NCBI RefSeq assembly: GCF_000025945.1
Contig: NC_006138.1
Coordinates: 3,330,001-3,362,000 of the forward strand
Length of the DNA: 32,000 nt
From: Desulfotalea psychrophila LSv54
GTDB lineage: Bacteria; Desulfobacterota; Desulfobulbia; Desulfobulbales; Desulfocapsaceae
Reading direction: 5' to 3'
Positions 1 to 10,998 of the stretch are shown in pieces (position 1 is the first letter of the stretch; each line of letters begins with the position of its first letter). Position numbers and translations under genes: made by a program. The notes under the pieces were generated by a model. The model was not told where the DNA came from. It searched no databases and was given only the letters and a program-made list of their open reading frames with translations.

Positions 1-444
1 TCAAGGTCCCTCTCGGAAAGAGCAGTTCCTGCAGATAAATCGTCGACTCTAGCACCTTAACCCCATCTTTTTCGAGGGCACCAGCAACGGCACGGAGAAT
101 AGCATCATCCTGCTTTATATCAATCTTATTCCATAGGGTCAGAGCCCTAACATCGGGCATGATATCGTGAAATATCCGTGTCTTGGTGATGGTGCCGACA
201 AAGACTGTTTCACCAACCCCCTCCTTTTTGAAAAAGGAGAGGATTTTTCCCAACTGGCCAAGTTTTACCCAACAACAACTATCTGCGGCCTTAGCAACTT
301 CTGGATCCGTTTCGCTACGATGGGCAACAACTGCCACACTACGCCCGGCCCGACGAGCCGCCTCTATAAAGAGTAGAGGGAACTGGCCACCACCTGCGAT
401 AATACCTATTTTTTCCGGAATAATTTGTCTTTTAAAACCAAACA
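1..444 (-). CDS. lpxI: LpxI-type UDP-2,3-diacylglucosamine pyrophosphatase, 3' part beyond window edge
   Basis: Reverse-strand reading MFGFKRQIIPEKIGIIAGGGQFPLLFIEAARRAGRSVVAVAHR... runs open to the window edge. Characteristic IIAGGGxFP start; directly upstream neighbours are lpxA/fabZ/lpxD. Confidence 0.85.
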
Positions 445-468
445 TAGTTATGAGAAGATCCCCTGTAG

Positions 469-1281
469 CTATTCAGTATCCGTAGTCTGCTTAACAACAC
501 CACGTTTTGATTCTCTAAAAAATGTCACCAGCTTCTCCACTTCAAGATTGTGGGGATACTGCTCATGGGCAAGATTAATGGCATCTTTCATCAGCAGATT
601 AGGCGAGCGAAAGATGAGACGAAAAGCCTCCTTAATCTCGTTGATAGTCTCACGACTAAAACCATTTCGTTTCAGGCCAATCTTATTTATACCAGAAATA
701 CGGGTATTGCCCCGGGTACCGGAGACAATAATATAGGGCGGCACATCAAGGCTAAGCCCAGAAAGGCCGCCGACATAGCTATACTCACCAATACGACAAA
801 ACTGATGAATAGCGACAAGACCACCAATCGATGCCCTGTCCCCCACCTCTACATGACCTGCCAAGGTTGCCACATTGGCCAGAATAATATGGTTGCCAAG
901 GATACAGTCATGGGCAACATGGGTATAGGCCATAAGCAGATTGTTATTACCAATAACAGTTTTACCATGCCCAGAGGGCGTACCACGGTGAATGGAAGCG
1001 TACTCCCGGATCTGATTGTCATTACCTATGATAAGCTCGGTGGGCTCACCGCTATAGCTTAAATCCTGGGGAGCACCACCTATTGTGGCAAAGGAACCAA
1101 TAAAATTTCTCTCGCCAAGGGTGGTGGGACCTGAAACCACTGAGTGTGCTTCAACCCGGCTCCCGGCACCAATCCGAACTCCCTCACCGATAACAGCATA
1201 GGGTCCAACATGTACAGAGGTATCAAGCTCCGCCTTGGGATCAATTACAGCCGTTGGATGAATAGACATATAGTCCTCCAC
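469..1281 (-). CDS. lpxA: acyl-ACP--UDP-N-acetylglucosamine O-acyltransferase
   Basis: 270 aa; MSIHPTAVIDPKAELDTSVHVGPYAVIGEGVRIGAGS hexapeptide repeats, C-term typical of LpxA; operon context. Confidence 0.96.
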   Translation of the reverse strand: MEDYMSIHPTAVIDPKAELDTSVHVGPYAVIGEGVRIGAGSRVEAHSVVSGPTTLGERNFIGSFATIGGAPQDLSYSGEPTELIIGNDNQIREYASIHRGTPSGHGKTVIGNNNLLMAYTHVAHDCILGNHIILANVATLAGHVEVGDRASIGGLVAIHQFCRIGEYSYVGGLSGLSLDVPPYIIVSGTRGNTRISGINKIGLKRNGFSRETINEIKEAFRLIFRSPNLLMKDAINLAHEQYPHNLEVEKLVTFFRESKRGVVKQTTDTE

Positions 1282-1337
1282 TTACCCTCTCCTAACCAAA
1301 GGATCGAGGGAATTTTAACTTTTAGATTAAGGGGAAA

Positions 1338-1790
1338 TTATGAAAACGAAGCCATGAGTTCGGCCTGAACGACGACCTGATCGTCAACATAACCCTTGGC
1401 AGACATAAAAATAATGGAACGTTTTTCTTTTACCAGCTGCACCTTATAGATGAGTTGATCACCAGGCCTTACTGGTTTACGAAAACGGGCCTTATCCACC
1501 CCGGCAAAAAAGGCCAATTTTTTACCAACCGCATCTGGCTCGGTATAAAAGGCATGAACACAGCCAACCTGAGCAAGTCCTTCAAGCATAAGTACCCCTG
1601 GCATAACGGGCTCCCCGGGAAAATGACCCTGGAAATACTGCTCGTTAAAGGTCACATTTTTCAACCCGACAATTTCCTTACCGGGATCAATAGATAGGAT
1701 ACGGTCAACCATGACGAAGGGATAACGGTGTGGCAACAGATCTAAAATCCCTACAATATCTATTTCTCCTGGAGTAATAACATCACTCAT
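1338..1790 (-). CDS. fabZ: 3-hydroxyacyl-ACP dehydratase FabZ
   Basis: MSDVITPGEIDIVGILDLLPHRYPFVMVDRIL...FPGEPVMPGVLMLEGLAQ. The ORF in the track extends upstream to 1853, but the family start is the internal Met at 1790. Confidence 0.95.
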   Translation of the reverse strand: MSDVITPGEIDIVGILDLLPHRYPFVMVDRILSIDPGKEIVGLKNVTFNEQYFQGHFPGEPVMPGVLMLEGLAQVGCVHAFYTEPDAVGKKLAFFAGVDKARFRKPVRPGDQLIYKVQLVKEKRSIIFMSAKGYVDDQVVVQAELMASFS

Positions 1791-1868
1791 ATTCTCTCCT
1801 TTATCATTTGCGCAGTGATCTCTGCCCGCAAGGGAACCAAGAGACTTGCGCAAAGTATTTAATGCTTT

Positions 1869-2906
1869 TTAATTTTTTCCTGCAAGCTCTTCTACGCTCT
1901 TTTTCAGGGCACGAATATCTTTTTGCATCTCCGGAAGCTTCGTGGTCAAGACCACGGACTTTCGCCATTGCTTAATAGGCCGGGCCGGAATACCGCCAAC
2001 CACTGCGCCAGCAGACAGATTAGAGAGGACACCAGAACCTCCTGCTATCATCACTCCATCTCCTATCTGCAGATGACCCACAGCCGCAGCTTTTCCACCC
2101 ATGACAACATTACGCCCAAGGCTTGTTGAACCAGAAATACCCACCTGAGAAACAATAAGAGAGTTTTCGCCAACCACAACATTATGGGCAATCTGGACAA
2201 GATTATCTATTTTAGCCCCGGATTTTATCCAGGTCAGACCATAGGTAGCACGATCAACGCAACTATTGGCACCGATCTCGACATTATCATCGACACGCAC
2301 GGTACCTACCTGTGGACGTTTATAGTGAAAGCCCATCTTGTCAGTGGCATAGCCATAGCCATCACTACCAATAACCGTCCCTGAATGGATAGTAACGCCA
2401 TTACCAAGCTGGGAGCCATCGGCAATAGTTACATTGGCCTTAAGAAGACAATCCTCACCAATGGTCACATCATCGCCAATGGCAACCCCGGATTCTATTC
2501 TCGTGCGAGGACCAATAACAACCCGATTACCAATACTCACCAGGGCCTTAATGGTTACTTCCGAGGAGATTTGACAGCCCTCACCCACAAATGCAGAGCG
2601 GTGAATACCCTCGGGAGAGAATTCATCCTCTAGCAAAAATGTGTGGATTTTTGCCGCAGCAAGATAGGCATCATCTACCTTAATAAGGGTAGCAGGACTC
2701 TCAACCTCAACCTTACGATGCACAATAACAGCACCTGCCTTGGTGCTGGTGAGGAGATCCTGATCGCCGGCCTTTACTAAAAAGGTAATATCACCTTCTC
2801 CTGCTGTTTCAAGGGAGACAAAATTCCCCACAAGCACCTCTCCGTCCCCTATTACCTCTCCATCAACCAGCTCAGCAAGCATCGCCACTGTTATGTTTTC
2901 TTTCAT
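1869..2906 (-). CDS. lpxD: UDP-3-O-(3-hydroxyacyl)glucosamine N-acyltransferase
   Basis: Hexapeptide repeat protein MKENITVAMLAELVDGEVIGDGEV...GSDGYGYATDKMGFHYKRPQVGTVRVDDNVEIGANSCVDRATYG. Start taken at internal Met (2906) rather than the ORF track start 2987. Confidence 0.94.
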   Translation of the reverse strand: MKENITVAMLAELVDGEVIGDGEVLVGNFVSLETAGEGDITFLVKAGDQDLLTSTKAGAVIVHRKVEVESPATLIKVDDAYLAAAKIHTFLLEDEFSPEGIHRSAFVGEGCQISSEVTIKALVSIGNRVVIGPRTRIESGVAIGDDVTIGEDCLLKANVTIADGSQLGNGVTIHSGTVIGSDGYGYATDKMGFHYKRPQVGTVRVDDNVEIGANSCVDRATYGLTWIKSGAKIDNLVQIAHNVVVGENSLIVSQVGISGSTSLGRNVVMGGKAAAVGHLQIGDGVMIAGGSGVLSNLSAGAVVGGIPARPIKQWRKSVVLTTKLPEMQKDIRALKKSVEELAGKN

Positions 2907-2943
2907 ATTGGCCCTATTAAAAAATTCACGAAAAAAGCAAGGG

Positions 2944-4113
2944 CTACTGGTATAAAAAGTAGCACCTTCGTCTCCTGTCATAGTCAAGAAGTTCAGCCTG
3001 CCACCCCTGCTCGAGCGTCACCACGGATTCCCCTGCCTCAAGTGCCTCTCGCAAGGCCCTGTCACCAAGAATGAGATCCATGGGCAATTTCTCATATTCA
3101 TACTCGTAGGGTGGCTTTTTATACTCAAATTGTTGTCGATAAACAAGCATCGCTGCCTGCAGGAGGATCATTCCTACCCGATATGAGTTAAAATCTTTTC
3201 TTGACTGTATATGAAGTTGAAAACCCGTACAGGTATTTCCTGCCCATTTCCCCGAGGTTGGCTCAAAAAGTAAAGGCCTGAGCACACAACCGGCCAGTGG
3301 ATATCTTTGCAAAAAGGCCAAGACCTCATCATGTTGCCAATAGGGGGTACCAAAGACGGAAAAGGGCAGGGTGGTACCACGGCCCTCTGAAACATGAGTC
3401 CCCTCCCAAATCACCTGGCCCGGATAATTAATTGCTGCCTCAAGAGTCGGCATATTAGGAGAAGGGGCCAGCCAAGGATGCGGGCAGTCAGAAAAATACA
3501 TATCACGGCGCCAACCCTGGACGGCAACAACCTCCAGATCGGCACCAATAGCGTATTCCTTATTAAAAAAGAGAGCCAGCTCACCAAGAGTCAGGCCATG
3601 GCGCATGGGCAGGGCATACATCCCCACAAAGGACCTGCAATCATCACGAAGGAGATTACCCTCTATCTGTTCTCCACCGAGAGGATTAGGACGGTCAAGG
3701 ATGACAATTTTTTTACCATACTGAGCAGCCGCCTGCAGGCAATAGGCCATGGTATACATAAAGGTGTATACTCGAGTACCAATGTCAGGCAAATCAATAA
3801 GCAGGGTATCAAGTTGGTCAAACATCTCCTCGGTGGGTTTTCGGTGTTCACCATAGAGACTGTAGATGGGTAGCCCCGTTGTCAGATCAAGATGATGAGC
3901 AGACTCTATCATATTATCCTGCTTTTCTGCGTAAAACCCGTGTTGTGGAGAAAAGAGACAGGTCAGTCGTTTAGCCAGTTTCTCCTGAAGAAGATCCTTG
4001 CCATAACGAAAATATCTATTGGTACAGGCCTGATTAGAGAGAAAACCTATCCGATCACCAAAACGAGTGGGAACATCCTGCTGTAAAAAAACTTCCAATC
4101 CTATTCTAAACAT
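2944..4113 (-). CDS. DUF1343 / NamZ-like exo-beta-N-acetylmuramidase family protein
   Basis: 389 aa; GFLSNQACTNR...SPQHGFYAEKQDNM...YSLYGEHRKPTEEMFDQLDTLLIDLPDIGTRVYTF...WEGTHVSEGRGTTLPFSVFGTPY motifs. Confidence 0.85.
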   Translation of the reverse strand: MFRIGLEVFLQQDVPTRFGDRIGFLSNQACTNRYFRYGKDLLQEKLAKRLTCLFSPQHGFYAEKQDNMIESAHHLDLTTGLPIYSLYGEHRKPTEEMFDQLDTLLIDLPDIGTRVYTFMYTMAYCLQAAAQYGKKIVILDRPNPLGGEQIEGNLLRDDCRSFVGMYALPMRHGLTLGELALFFNKEYAIGADLEVVAVQGWRRDMYFSDCPHPWLAPSPNMPTLEAAINYPGQVIWEGTHVSEGRGTTLPFSVFGTPYWQHDEVLAFLQRYPLAGCVLRPLLFEPTSGKWAGNTCTGFQLHIQSRKDFNSYRVGMILLQAAMLVYRQQFEYKKPPYEYEYEKLPMDLILGDRALREALEAGESVVTLEQGWQAELLDYDRRRRCYFLYQ

Positions 4114-4295
4114 AAGAGTTTACCAGAGAAAGAGATGAATAAGAGAACCATTTTTACTGTTCACAATAATAGCGCTCTGGCTAAAAGTCAAAACTTCCCT
4201 GAGGCGACTATTGATGTCAAAAGGCTCGTAATTAACATTTATTAGCCTTACATTCCCCATCTCATTAAAATTAATCATTTACCAAGGAAAAAAAC

Positions 4296-5456
4296 ATGCA
4301 AGAAATAACACGACTTATCTGCCAGACAAAAGATTGCCACAGCGAAGGGGAAAAAAGGGTGGAGAGCATAAACCCTCCAATCCACAAGGCCTCCACTCTG
4401 CTCTTTGCAAGCTATGCCGACCTGGCACTTGCCAATGAGGGCAAATACCCGGGGCTGACCTACGGCACGGACCGACTTCCTGCCCAACGTGCCTTCGAGG
4501 AGGCCCTTTGCCAACTAGAGGGCGGAGAGATCTGTCGCGCCTTTCAATCGGGGATCAACGCCATCGTCCATACCCTGCAGGCCTTCACCAAGGCAGGGGA
4601 TCATATTGTAGTCTGTGACAATGTCTACTGGCCCACCAGTAACTTCTGCAACAAGGTGTTGAGCAAGTTTGGAGTTGAAATCAGCTATGCCCCATCTGCA
4701 GTTGGAGCCGACATCGCTGACTACCTGCGAGACAACACCAGCCTGATCTTTATGGAATCTCCCGGTTCCAATACCTTTGAGATCCAGGACATAGAGGCCA
4801 TTACCCAGATTGCCCGGGCAAGAGACATTGTCACCATCCTCGATGGCACCTGGGGAACCCCCCTTTATCACAGGGCCCTCTCCTTCGGCGTTGATGTCTC
4901 CATCCAATCTGCAACCAAGTATATCTCAGGCCATTCTGATATCCTCCTAGGCACAGCTACAGTGAATCACAAATATGCCGACATCCTGGCTAGGTACTAT
5001 CAAAGCCTTGAACTCTTCGCCCCCCCTGCCGATTGCTATGCAGCCCTGCGAGGCCTGAAGACCCTCCATGTCCGCCTCAAGCACCATGAACAATCGGCCC
5101 TGCAGATCGCAGATTGGCTCGAATCACAGCCGCAAACAGGTAGAATCATCCACCCCGCCCGCCCGGATCATCCGCAGCACAGCAGGTGGAAGAAATACTT
5201 CACCGGCTCCTGCGGACTCTTTGCCTTCACCTTCAAAAAAGAACCAAGTGAAAAAGAGCTCGGCGAATTTATCAATGCCCTGCAGTTATTTGGCATTGGC
5301 TATAGCTGGGGAGGCTATAAGAGCCTGATTACCGCAGGCAAATATGTAAGAAATGGATCTGATCTGAATGGTAGTACTGTCATTCGTCTTAATATTGGTC
5401 TTGAGGCAGTGGAAGACCTCTGCCACGACCTGGCCCAGGCCCTGGCAAGGCTATAA
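4296..5456 (+). CDS. metC: cystathionine beta-lyase-like PLP-dependent enzyme
   Basis: 386 aa; Cys/Met metabolism PLP fold: SGINAIVHTLQAFTKAGDHIVVCDNVYWPT, SVQSATKYISGHSDILLG (PLP lysine). Confidence 0.88.
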   Translation: MQEITRLICQTKDCHSEGEKRVESINPPIHKASTLLFASYADLALANEGKYPGLTYGTDRLPAQRAFEEALCQLEGGEICRAFQSGINAIVHTLQAFTKAGDHIVVCDNVYWPTSNFCNKVLSKFGVEISYAPSAVGADIADYLRDNTSLIFMESPGSNTFEIQDIEAITQIARARDIVTILDGTWGTPLYHRALSFGVDVSIQSATKYISGHSDILLGTATVNHKYADILARYYQSLELFAPPADCYAALRGLKTLHVRLKHHEQSALQIADWLESQPQTGRIIHPARPDHPQHSRWKKYFTGSCGLFAFTFKKEPSEKELGEFINALQLFGIGYSWGGYKSLITAGKYVRNGSDLNGSTVIRLNIGLEAVEDLCHDLAQALARL

Positions 5457-5668
5457 ACTCTGATAGGAGAGAGAGGAACCATCTCCAAATCTGGAGGTGG
5501 CTGCCCCCCCAGCTTCCAGCAAATGGGCTAGGAAAGCGTCCAAGGCAATTTTTTCGCCTCTTAGAGATGAAATCATTGACAGCATCCGTTTCTATTTATA
5601 GAATCAGAGCCCATGAACATATCATCCTCACGACCCAAGGGTCATGATCTCTTTTTCTGGAGCAAAAA

Positions 5669-6871
5669 ATGAAAAGCATCAACGCAGAAGGTTTTTTTGG
5701 CGAATATGGCGGACAGTACGTACCCGAACAACTCCTCCCCATTCTCAATGAACTGGCCGCCACCTATGATAAGGTCAAGACCGATCCAGAATTCAGGGCC
5801 GAGCTTGATTACTATATGAAAAAATTCTCTGGCCGCCCCACACCACTCTATCACTGCTCCAATCTGAGCCGTGAACTCGGTGGGGCCCAAATTTACCTCA
5901 AACGCGAAGATCTCAATCATCTGGGAGCACATAAGGTAAACAATACCCTAGGGCAGATTCTCCTGGCCAAACGAATGGGCAAAAAGAAGATTATCGCCGA
6001 AACAGGTGCAGGTCAACATGGCGTCGCGGCAGCGGCAACAGCCGCCCTAATGGGAATGAAATGTACCGTCTATATGGGCAAGGTGGATGTTGAAAGGCAA
6101 AAGCTAAACGTTTTTCGCATGCGCATGATGGGCGCTGAGGTAGTTACAGCAACCTCGGGGCAGCAGACCCTCAAAGAGGCCGTTGATGAGGCACTTGCCG
6201 CCTGGATGGCAGATGCAGAAGAGTCCTTCTATCTTTTAGGCTCCGCCGTCGGCCCTCACCCCTATCCTCTCATGGTACGTGACTTTCAATCGGTGATCAG
6301 TAAAGAGGCCCGGGAGCAATTCCTGACCGACACAGGAAAACTCCCCGATTACTGTGTTGCCTGTATTGGCGGTGGTTCAAATGCCATCGGCATGTTTGCC
6401 AACTTCATAGACGACAAGGATGTTCAGCTCATTGGGGTAGAACCCGCGGGACGTGGCCTCAAACTTGGTGATCATGCTGCCAGCCTCTCCTTTGGCTCCC
6501 CCGGCATCCTCCACGGTTTCAACTCATATATGCTCAAGGATGAAGCAGGTGATGCAGCCCCTGTATACTCGATCTCTGCAGGACTGGACTATCCAAGCGT
6601 TGGCCCCGAGCACTCCTATCTTAAGGATATTGGTCGAGCAAGCTACGAATACGCATCGGATGCTGAAGCGGTAAATGCCTTCTTTACCCTCTCGCAAAAA
6701 GAGGGCATCATTCCCGCTCTGGAATCATCTCATGCCCTCGCCCACGTCCTCAAACTCGCCCCCACCCTTTCAACAGAAAAGAGTATCATTGTCTGCCTCT
6801 CCGGTCGAGGAGATAAGGATGTGGCCCAGGTTGCAGAGATGATTGAGCAGGGAATTTTCTCCATGCCATAA
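5669..6871 (+). CDS. trpB: tryptophan synthase beta chain
   Basis: 400 aa; [56 protein letters not shown] motifs. No trpA or other trp genes adjacent in the window. Confidence 0.97.
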   Translation: MKSINAEGFFGEYGGQYVPEQLLPILNELAATYDKVKTDPEFRAELDYYMKKFSGRPTPLYHCSNLSRELGGAQIYLKREDLNHLGAHKVNNTLGQILLAKRMGKKKIIAETGAGQHGVAAAATAALMGMKCTVYMGKVDVERQKLNVFRMRMMGAEVVTATSGQQTLKEAVDEALAAWMADAEESFYLLGSAVGPHPYPLMVRDFQSVISKEAREQFLTDTGKLPDYCVACIGGGSNAIGMFANFIDDKDVQLIGVEPAGRGLKLGDHAASLSFGSPGILHGFNSYMLKDEAGDAAPVYSISAGLDYPSVGPEHSYLKDIGRASYEYASDAEAVNAFFTLSQKEGIIPALESSHALAHVLKLAPTLSTEKSIIVCLSGRGDKDVAQVAEMIEQGIFSMP

Positions 6872-7581
6872 CTGCCCCTCCCCAACCCCACCCCGCCCAG
6901 ATAGCACTGGCCGGGTGGGATAGCCCCCCATCGCCCCCTCCTCAGCCCCAACATGACCGTCAAAAAAGATCCCACCCATCTCTTAAAAAAATATTGTCAA
7001 TAACGACAAGCAACAGTACGGTGAAAAATCGCTCCCATTATTTTTATTAAAGACGCAGTGTAATGTCTCTGTTACGGTTCATTACCGAGGCAAGGTCAAA
7101 AGAAAGCAACATTCATCACTTAGTCAGGGTGTGTCCATAATTTTAAAATGGTTAATTGTTTTACCTCACCTATTGTGTTTAAATGACGATTTTCGCAGAC
7201 TCTATCTATAGAAATTGTCCCCTCCAGCCAAAAAGGCAGAGGTCTATTGATGTCATCACTGCCAAGCCTATTAGGCCCCAAAAACTAGCAACAGGAACTT
7301 ATAAATAATTATAAGAGTGTGATTGCAGAGCTCGTCCTTTTGAAACAGAGACAGAGAAAATATCTATGAAGAACCTCGCCAAGAAAACAGGCTTAAAGAG
7401 TTGGCCTGAATAACAATTACGAGGTGAAAATATTATTCGAGGGAAAAGGCAATCATATTAATACTATACAGCTAAAAACTGTAACGAGTTCTAATCTAAG
7501 AACAAGAAAAATAATTTTGTCTCGTCCTACGAAAAATTCTTTCAACCGAGAACACAACTTTTATGGAGTTTCGCAAGGCCT

Positions 7582-8838
7582 GTGAATTATTGTGTAGAAA
7601 AAAAGCATATATACAGAGTGTTCCAAGTGGCACGGCAGCCAATATTAGATCGACAGGGCAAGACATACGGATACGAACTCCTCTTTCGATCCGGTATAGA
7701 TAAAACTTTTGCAGAAATAGACGATCAGGATTTTGCAACCATGTCTGTCGCAACCTGTGGCTTTAGCCGATCACAGGATGCAGTTAGCCAATCCAAAAAA
7801 GTATTTATCAACTTTACAGAATCCCTCATCCTGCAGGGAGCCCCTAGAGCATTGCCAGCCACCCTCGTCATCATTGAAGTACTGGAAGATACCGCACCCA
7901 GCCCGGAGGTGATCGCTGAACTCACCAGCCTAAAAGAAGATGGTTATGTTATTGCCATCGACGATTTTGAGGGAGATATCAATAATGAAGCGCTTCTGGA
8001 TATTGCCGATATAATCAAAGTAGACGTACTGGGAAAAAGCTTTGCAGAGATTGAACAGATCTACAATCTTATTAAGAATAAAAAGGCCATAACCCTGGCG
8101 GAAAAAGTTGAAACCCACAAAGACTATCAATATTTACTAGGATTAGGCTTTGATCTCTTTCAAGGGTATTTTTTCGCCACGCCAGAGAACCTTACCGGTA
8201 AAAATCTGGACACCAACTATGCCTCAAAGTTACGGGTTCTCGCGACCCTAACCACACGTAATTTGGAGTTCAAACACATAGTTGAGGTCGTCAAGGCTGA
8301 TCCAAGCATTACATTTAAGCTACTCAAGCTACTCAATTCAGCCGCCATGGGCGTCGCCATCGAGGTAACCTCCATTCGGCATGCTGTCGTACTATTGGGG
8401 CTTACCCGAATAACACATTGGCTGAGAATGGTTGTCATGTCTGACTTAACGGCATCCAATAAACCACAGGAACTTTTCACCCTGGCCCTCGGTAGAGGAA
8501 AAATACTCGAAGAGTTAGCAAAAGCAGGACAAATCCCAGAACATGACCCCAGCATAATGTTTTTATTTGGCCTGGTTTCCCTACTCGATGTCATGCTGGA
8601 TATGTCCATGGATGTGTTAGTAGACACCCTACCACTCATTGACGCAGCAAAGTTCGGCCTTACAGATCCAAAAACAAAAATGGCCCAATATCTCAATTTA
8701 TTAATTGCAATTGAAACCGTTGAAAAGAAAAATCAACAAGAACTCTGCACAAGCCTTAAAATAAGTGAAGACAGTGTATTAAAGGCAGTACTTGTCGCCA
8801 ACGAATGGACAAATGAGCTTAATGCAATGATGCTCTAG
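7582..8838 (+). CDS. EAL-like / HDOD domain signalling protein (YuxH/CdgJ-type)
   Basis: 418 aa; N-term degenerate EAL (YELLFRSG ... VIIEVLED ... VIAIDDFEGD ... KVDVLG) followed by HDOD (ASKLRVLATLTTRNLEFKHIVEVVKADPSITFKLLKLLNSA...). Confidence 0.88.
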   Translation: MNYCVEKKHIYRVFQVARQPILDRQGKTYGYELLFRSGIDKTFAEIDDQDFATMSVATCGFSRSQDAVSQSKKVFINFTESLILQGAPRALPATLVIIEVLEDTAPSPEVIAELTSLKEDGYVIAIDDFEGDINNEALLDIADIIKVDVLGKSFAEIEQIYNLIKNKKAITLAEKVETHKDYQYLLGLGFDLFQGYFFATPENLTGKNLDTNYASKLRVLATLTTRNLEFKHIVEVVKADPSITFKLLKLLNSAAMGVAIEVTSIRHAVVLLGLTRITHWLRMVVMSDLTASNKPQELFTLALGRGKILEELAKAGQIPEHDPSIMFLFGLVSLLDVMLDMSMDVLVDTLPLIDAAKFGLTDPKTKMAQYLNLLIAIETVEKKNQQELCTSLKISEDSVLKAVLVANEWTNELNAMML

Positions 8839-9282
8839 ACTTTCTCAGCCCTTGAGCGGCAAGAGCGCCATCCCCTCCCCAGCCACCAGCCCCCTTGACC
8901 GTAAATAATTTCTCACTCAAAAAACTTTGCCCAAGGTGAAGCGCCCCCTTTTACTCTATCTCGCCAACATTTATCCCTAAAATAAAAACAAGGCCTCAAA
9001 AGCCTATATCTGAACGTCACCTCTTTCCCACATGCGTAACTGCACAGAAAATGGCTAAAAAAGAGAGCCAGACAGACCTGATCCTTAGCAAAGGGAGAGG
9101 CATGGCAATTCTGCAACCTCTATGGGGTGCCCTTAATACTGGTCACGCCCTATAGCTTATTAAAAAATCATCTCATATGACGAAGGACCTATACTATGAC
9201 AAAAAAAATAGGTTACAATTAAAAACATCATACTCCCCATCGCCACCGAGGATGGAGAGCTACTCAAAACCATTGAGGCCAT

Positions 9283-10998
9283 ATGACTTGCAAGAAAGAG
9301 TTCTCCCTCGAAAAGATCTCCAGCCCAGGGCTTAAAGTGGGAGAGAAAGAGCTAAAAGCCCCAGAGGCCAACCTTCAGAAAAACCGCCTGAGCCTACTCC
9401 AGGAGGCCGCCTTTGAGCCCATGGCCATCTTCGACAAAGAGAGGAAATGTCTTGAGGCCAATGACATCCTCCTCGATGTCTTTGGCTACAGCGCAGAGGA
9501 GACAATAGGAGCCAATCTCCATAAACTCTTCGCCCCAAGACCTGAGGGAGAACTTGAACACAAAACAATCGGCCGTTTTTTTGATTCCTATGAGGCTACC
9601 ATGTTGCGCAGGGATGGCTCAAAGTTTCCCGCCCTCGTTCAGGAAAAAGAGCTGAGATACCAAGGAGAAACAGTTCAGGTAATTAAATTCCACGACATCA
9701 GTAAGAGTAAGGGAATACAGGAAAGATTAAAATTTGCCCTGGCCGAACTCGATACAATCTTTACCAACTCCATGGTGGGTATTGCCCTTATTGACGCGAG
9801 CAGAATAATTCGCCGCGCCAACCCCCGCTTCTCTGAAACTCTCGGCTATGGTAATCCCCAGAACATTGTGGGAATGGACATCAAAGAACTTTATTTTTGC
9901 GAAAAAGAGTTTGAGGCCTTTGGCATACACTATATCACCACCCTCAAAGAAAACGGTATCGTCCATACAGATGCTAAATTTAAATGCAAAAATTCCTCTC
10001 CCATATGGGCCCGTGTTGTAGGCAAGGCCATCGACCAAAACGATCTGAATAGAGGCATTATCTGGATAGCCGAAGACATCACAGAACAGAGAACAACTCA
10101 AAAAGAACTACAGCTAGCCTACAATGAGCTAGAAGCTATATTCAACAACAGCTTGGTAGGCATTTTATTGCTAGGCCAGAACCGCAAAATACATCGTGTC
10201 AATAAGCGCCTTGCAACTATTCTTGGATACGATGAACCACTGGAATTATTAGGAAAAGGCGTGGAAAAAATTCACCTCTCTGAAAAAAATTTCAAGGAAT
10301 TTGGCGAAAAGCACTACAACTCTCTCAAACAGAGGGATGTTTTTCAGATCGATTATCAGCTCAAACGAAAGGATGGCTCCCCGGCCTGGGTCACCCTGTC
10401 AGGACAGGCTCTGGATTCAGCCGATCCACCCGATCTTGACAAGGGGGTGCTGTGGATGATGGATGATGCCACCAAGAGAAAAAAGGCGGAAGAGAAACTG
10501 GTGAGGATAGCGGCCACCGACTCATTAACAAAACTGAATAACCGTCGCCATTTCTTCAGCCTGGGTCATGAAGAGTTGGCCCTTCACCTGCACAATGCCC
10601 AACCCCTTTCTGTCCTTATGCTTGACATTGATCACTTCAAAAATGTTAACGATACCCTGGGTCATCAGGCTGGAGACAAGGTCCTGAAGATATTTTCAAA
10701 GATTTGTGCAGTCAACCTGCGCAGTGTTGATATTATTGGTCGCATTGGCGGGGAAGAATTTGCCGTAATACTTACCAACACGCCAAGATCACAGGCTCAA
10801 AGAACGGCAGAGCGCATTCGTCTGGCCATAGAGACCTCTCCAGAATTTACAAAACAGTCCCTGCCAAAAATCACGGTAAGTATCGGCATTGCAACCAATC
10901 AACCGCCAGAGAACCTCGATGCTATCATCTGCCGTGCCGATAAAAATCTTTACCAGGCAAAGTCCAATGGTCGTAACCGAATAGAGCCTAACCCCTAG
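9283..10998 (+). CDS. multi-PAS domain GGDEF diguanylate cyclase
   Basis: 571 aa; repeated PAS signatures, then DSLTKLNNRRHFF...LDIDHFKNVNDTLGHQAGDKVLK...RSVDIIGRIGGEEFAV (GGEEF active site with upstream RxxD I-site). Confidence 0.93.
   Translation: MTCKKEFSLEKISSPGLKVGEKELKAPEANLQKNRLSLLQEAAFEPMAIFDKERKCLEANDILLDVFGYSAEETIGANLHKLFAPRPEGELEHKTIGRFFDSYEATMLRRDGSKFPALVQEKELRYQGETVQVIKFHDISKSKGIQERLKFALAELDTIFTNSMVGIALIDASRIIRRANPRFSETLGYGNPQNIVGMDIKELYFCEKEFEAFGIHYITTLKENGIVHTDAKFKCKNSSPIWARVVGKAIDQNDLNRGIIWIAEDITEQRTTQKELQLAYNELEAIFNNSLVGILLLGQNRKIHRVNKRLATILGYDEPLELLGKGVEKIHLSEKNFKEFGEKHYNSLKQRDVFQIDYQLKRKDGSPAWVTLSGQALDSADPPDLDKGVLWMMDDATKRKKAEEKLVRIAATDSLTKLNNRRHFFSLGHEELALHLHNAQPLSVLMLDIDHFKNVNDTLGHQAGDKVLKIFSKICAVNLRSVDIIGRIGGEEFAVILTNTPRSQAQRTAERIRLAIETSPEFTKQSLPKITVSIGIATNQPPENLDAIICRADKNLYQAKSNGRNRIEPNP

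Noticed and set aside
3394-3873. 159-aa plus-strand ORF
   Set aside because: Antisense to conserved DUF1343 motifs; no family features.
5457-5668. trp attenuator/leader peptide upstream of trpB
   Set aside because: Short hairpins are present (CCATCTCC..GGAGGTGG; GACCC..GGGTC followed by CTCTTTTT) but no Trp-rich leader peptide or clear antiterminator alternative was seen.
6887-6919. GC-rich inverted repeat after trpB as a terminator
   Set aside because: Stem requires bulges (CCCACCCCGCCCAG / CTGGCCGGGTGGG) and lacks a U-tract; too weak to list as a feature.
8913-9282. Possible c-di-GMP (GEMM) riboswitch before the GGDEF gene
   Set aside because: A short GCACAG..GGCTAAA similarity caught my eye, but the conserved GEMM core (ACGCACAGGGCAAACC ... 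GACGCAAAGCC) and its stems could not be found. An Infernal scan would settle this.
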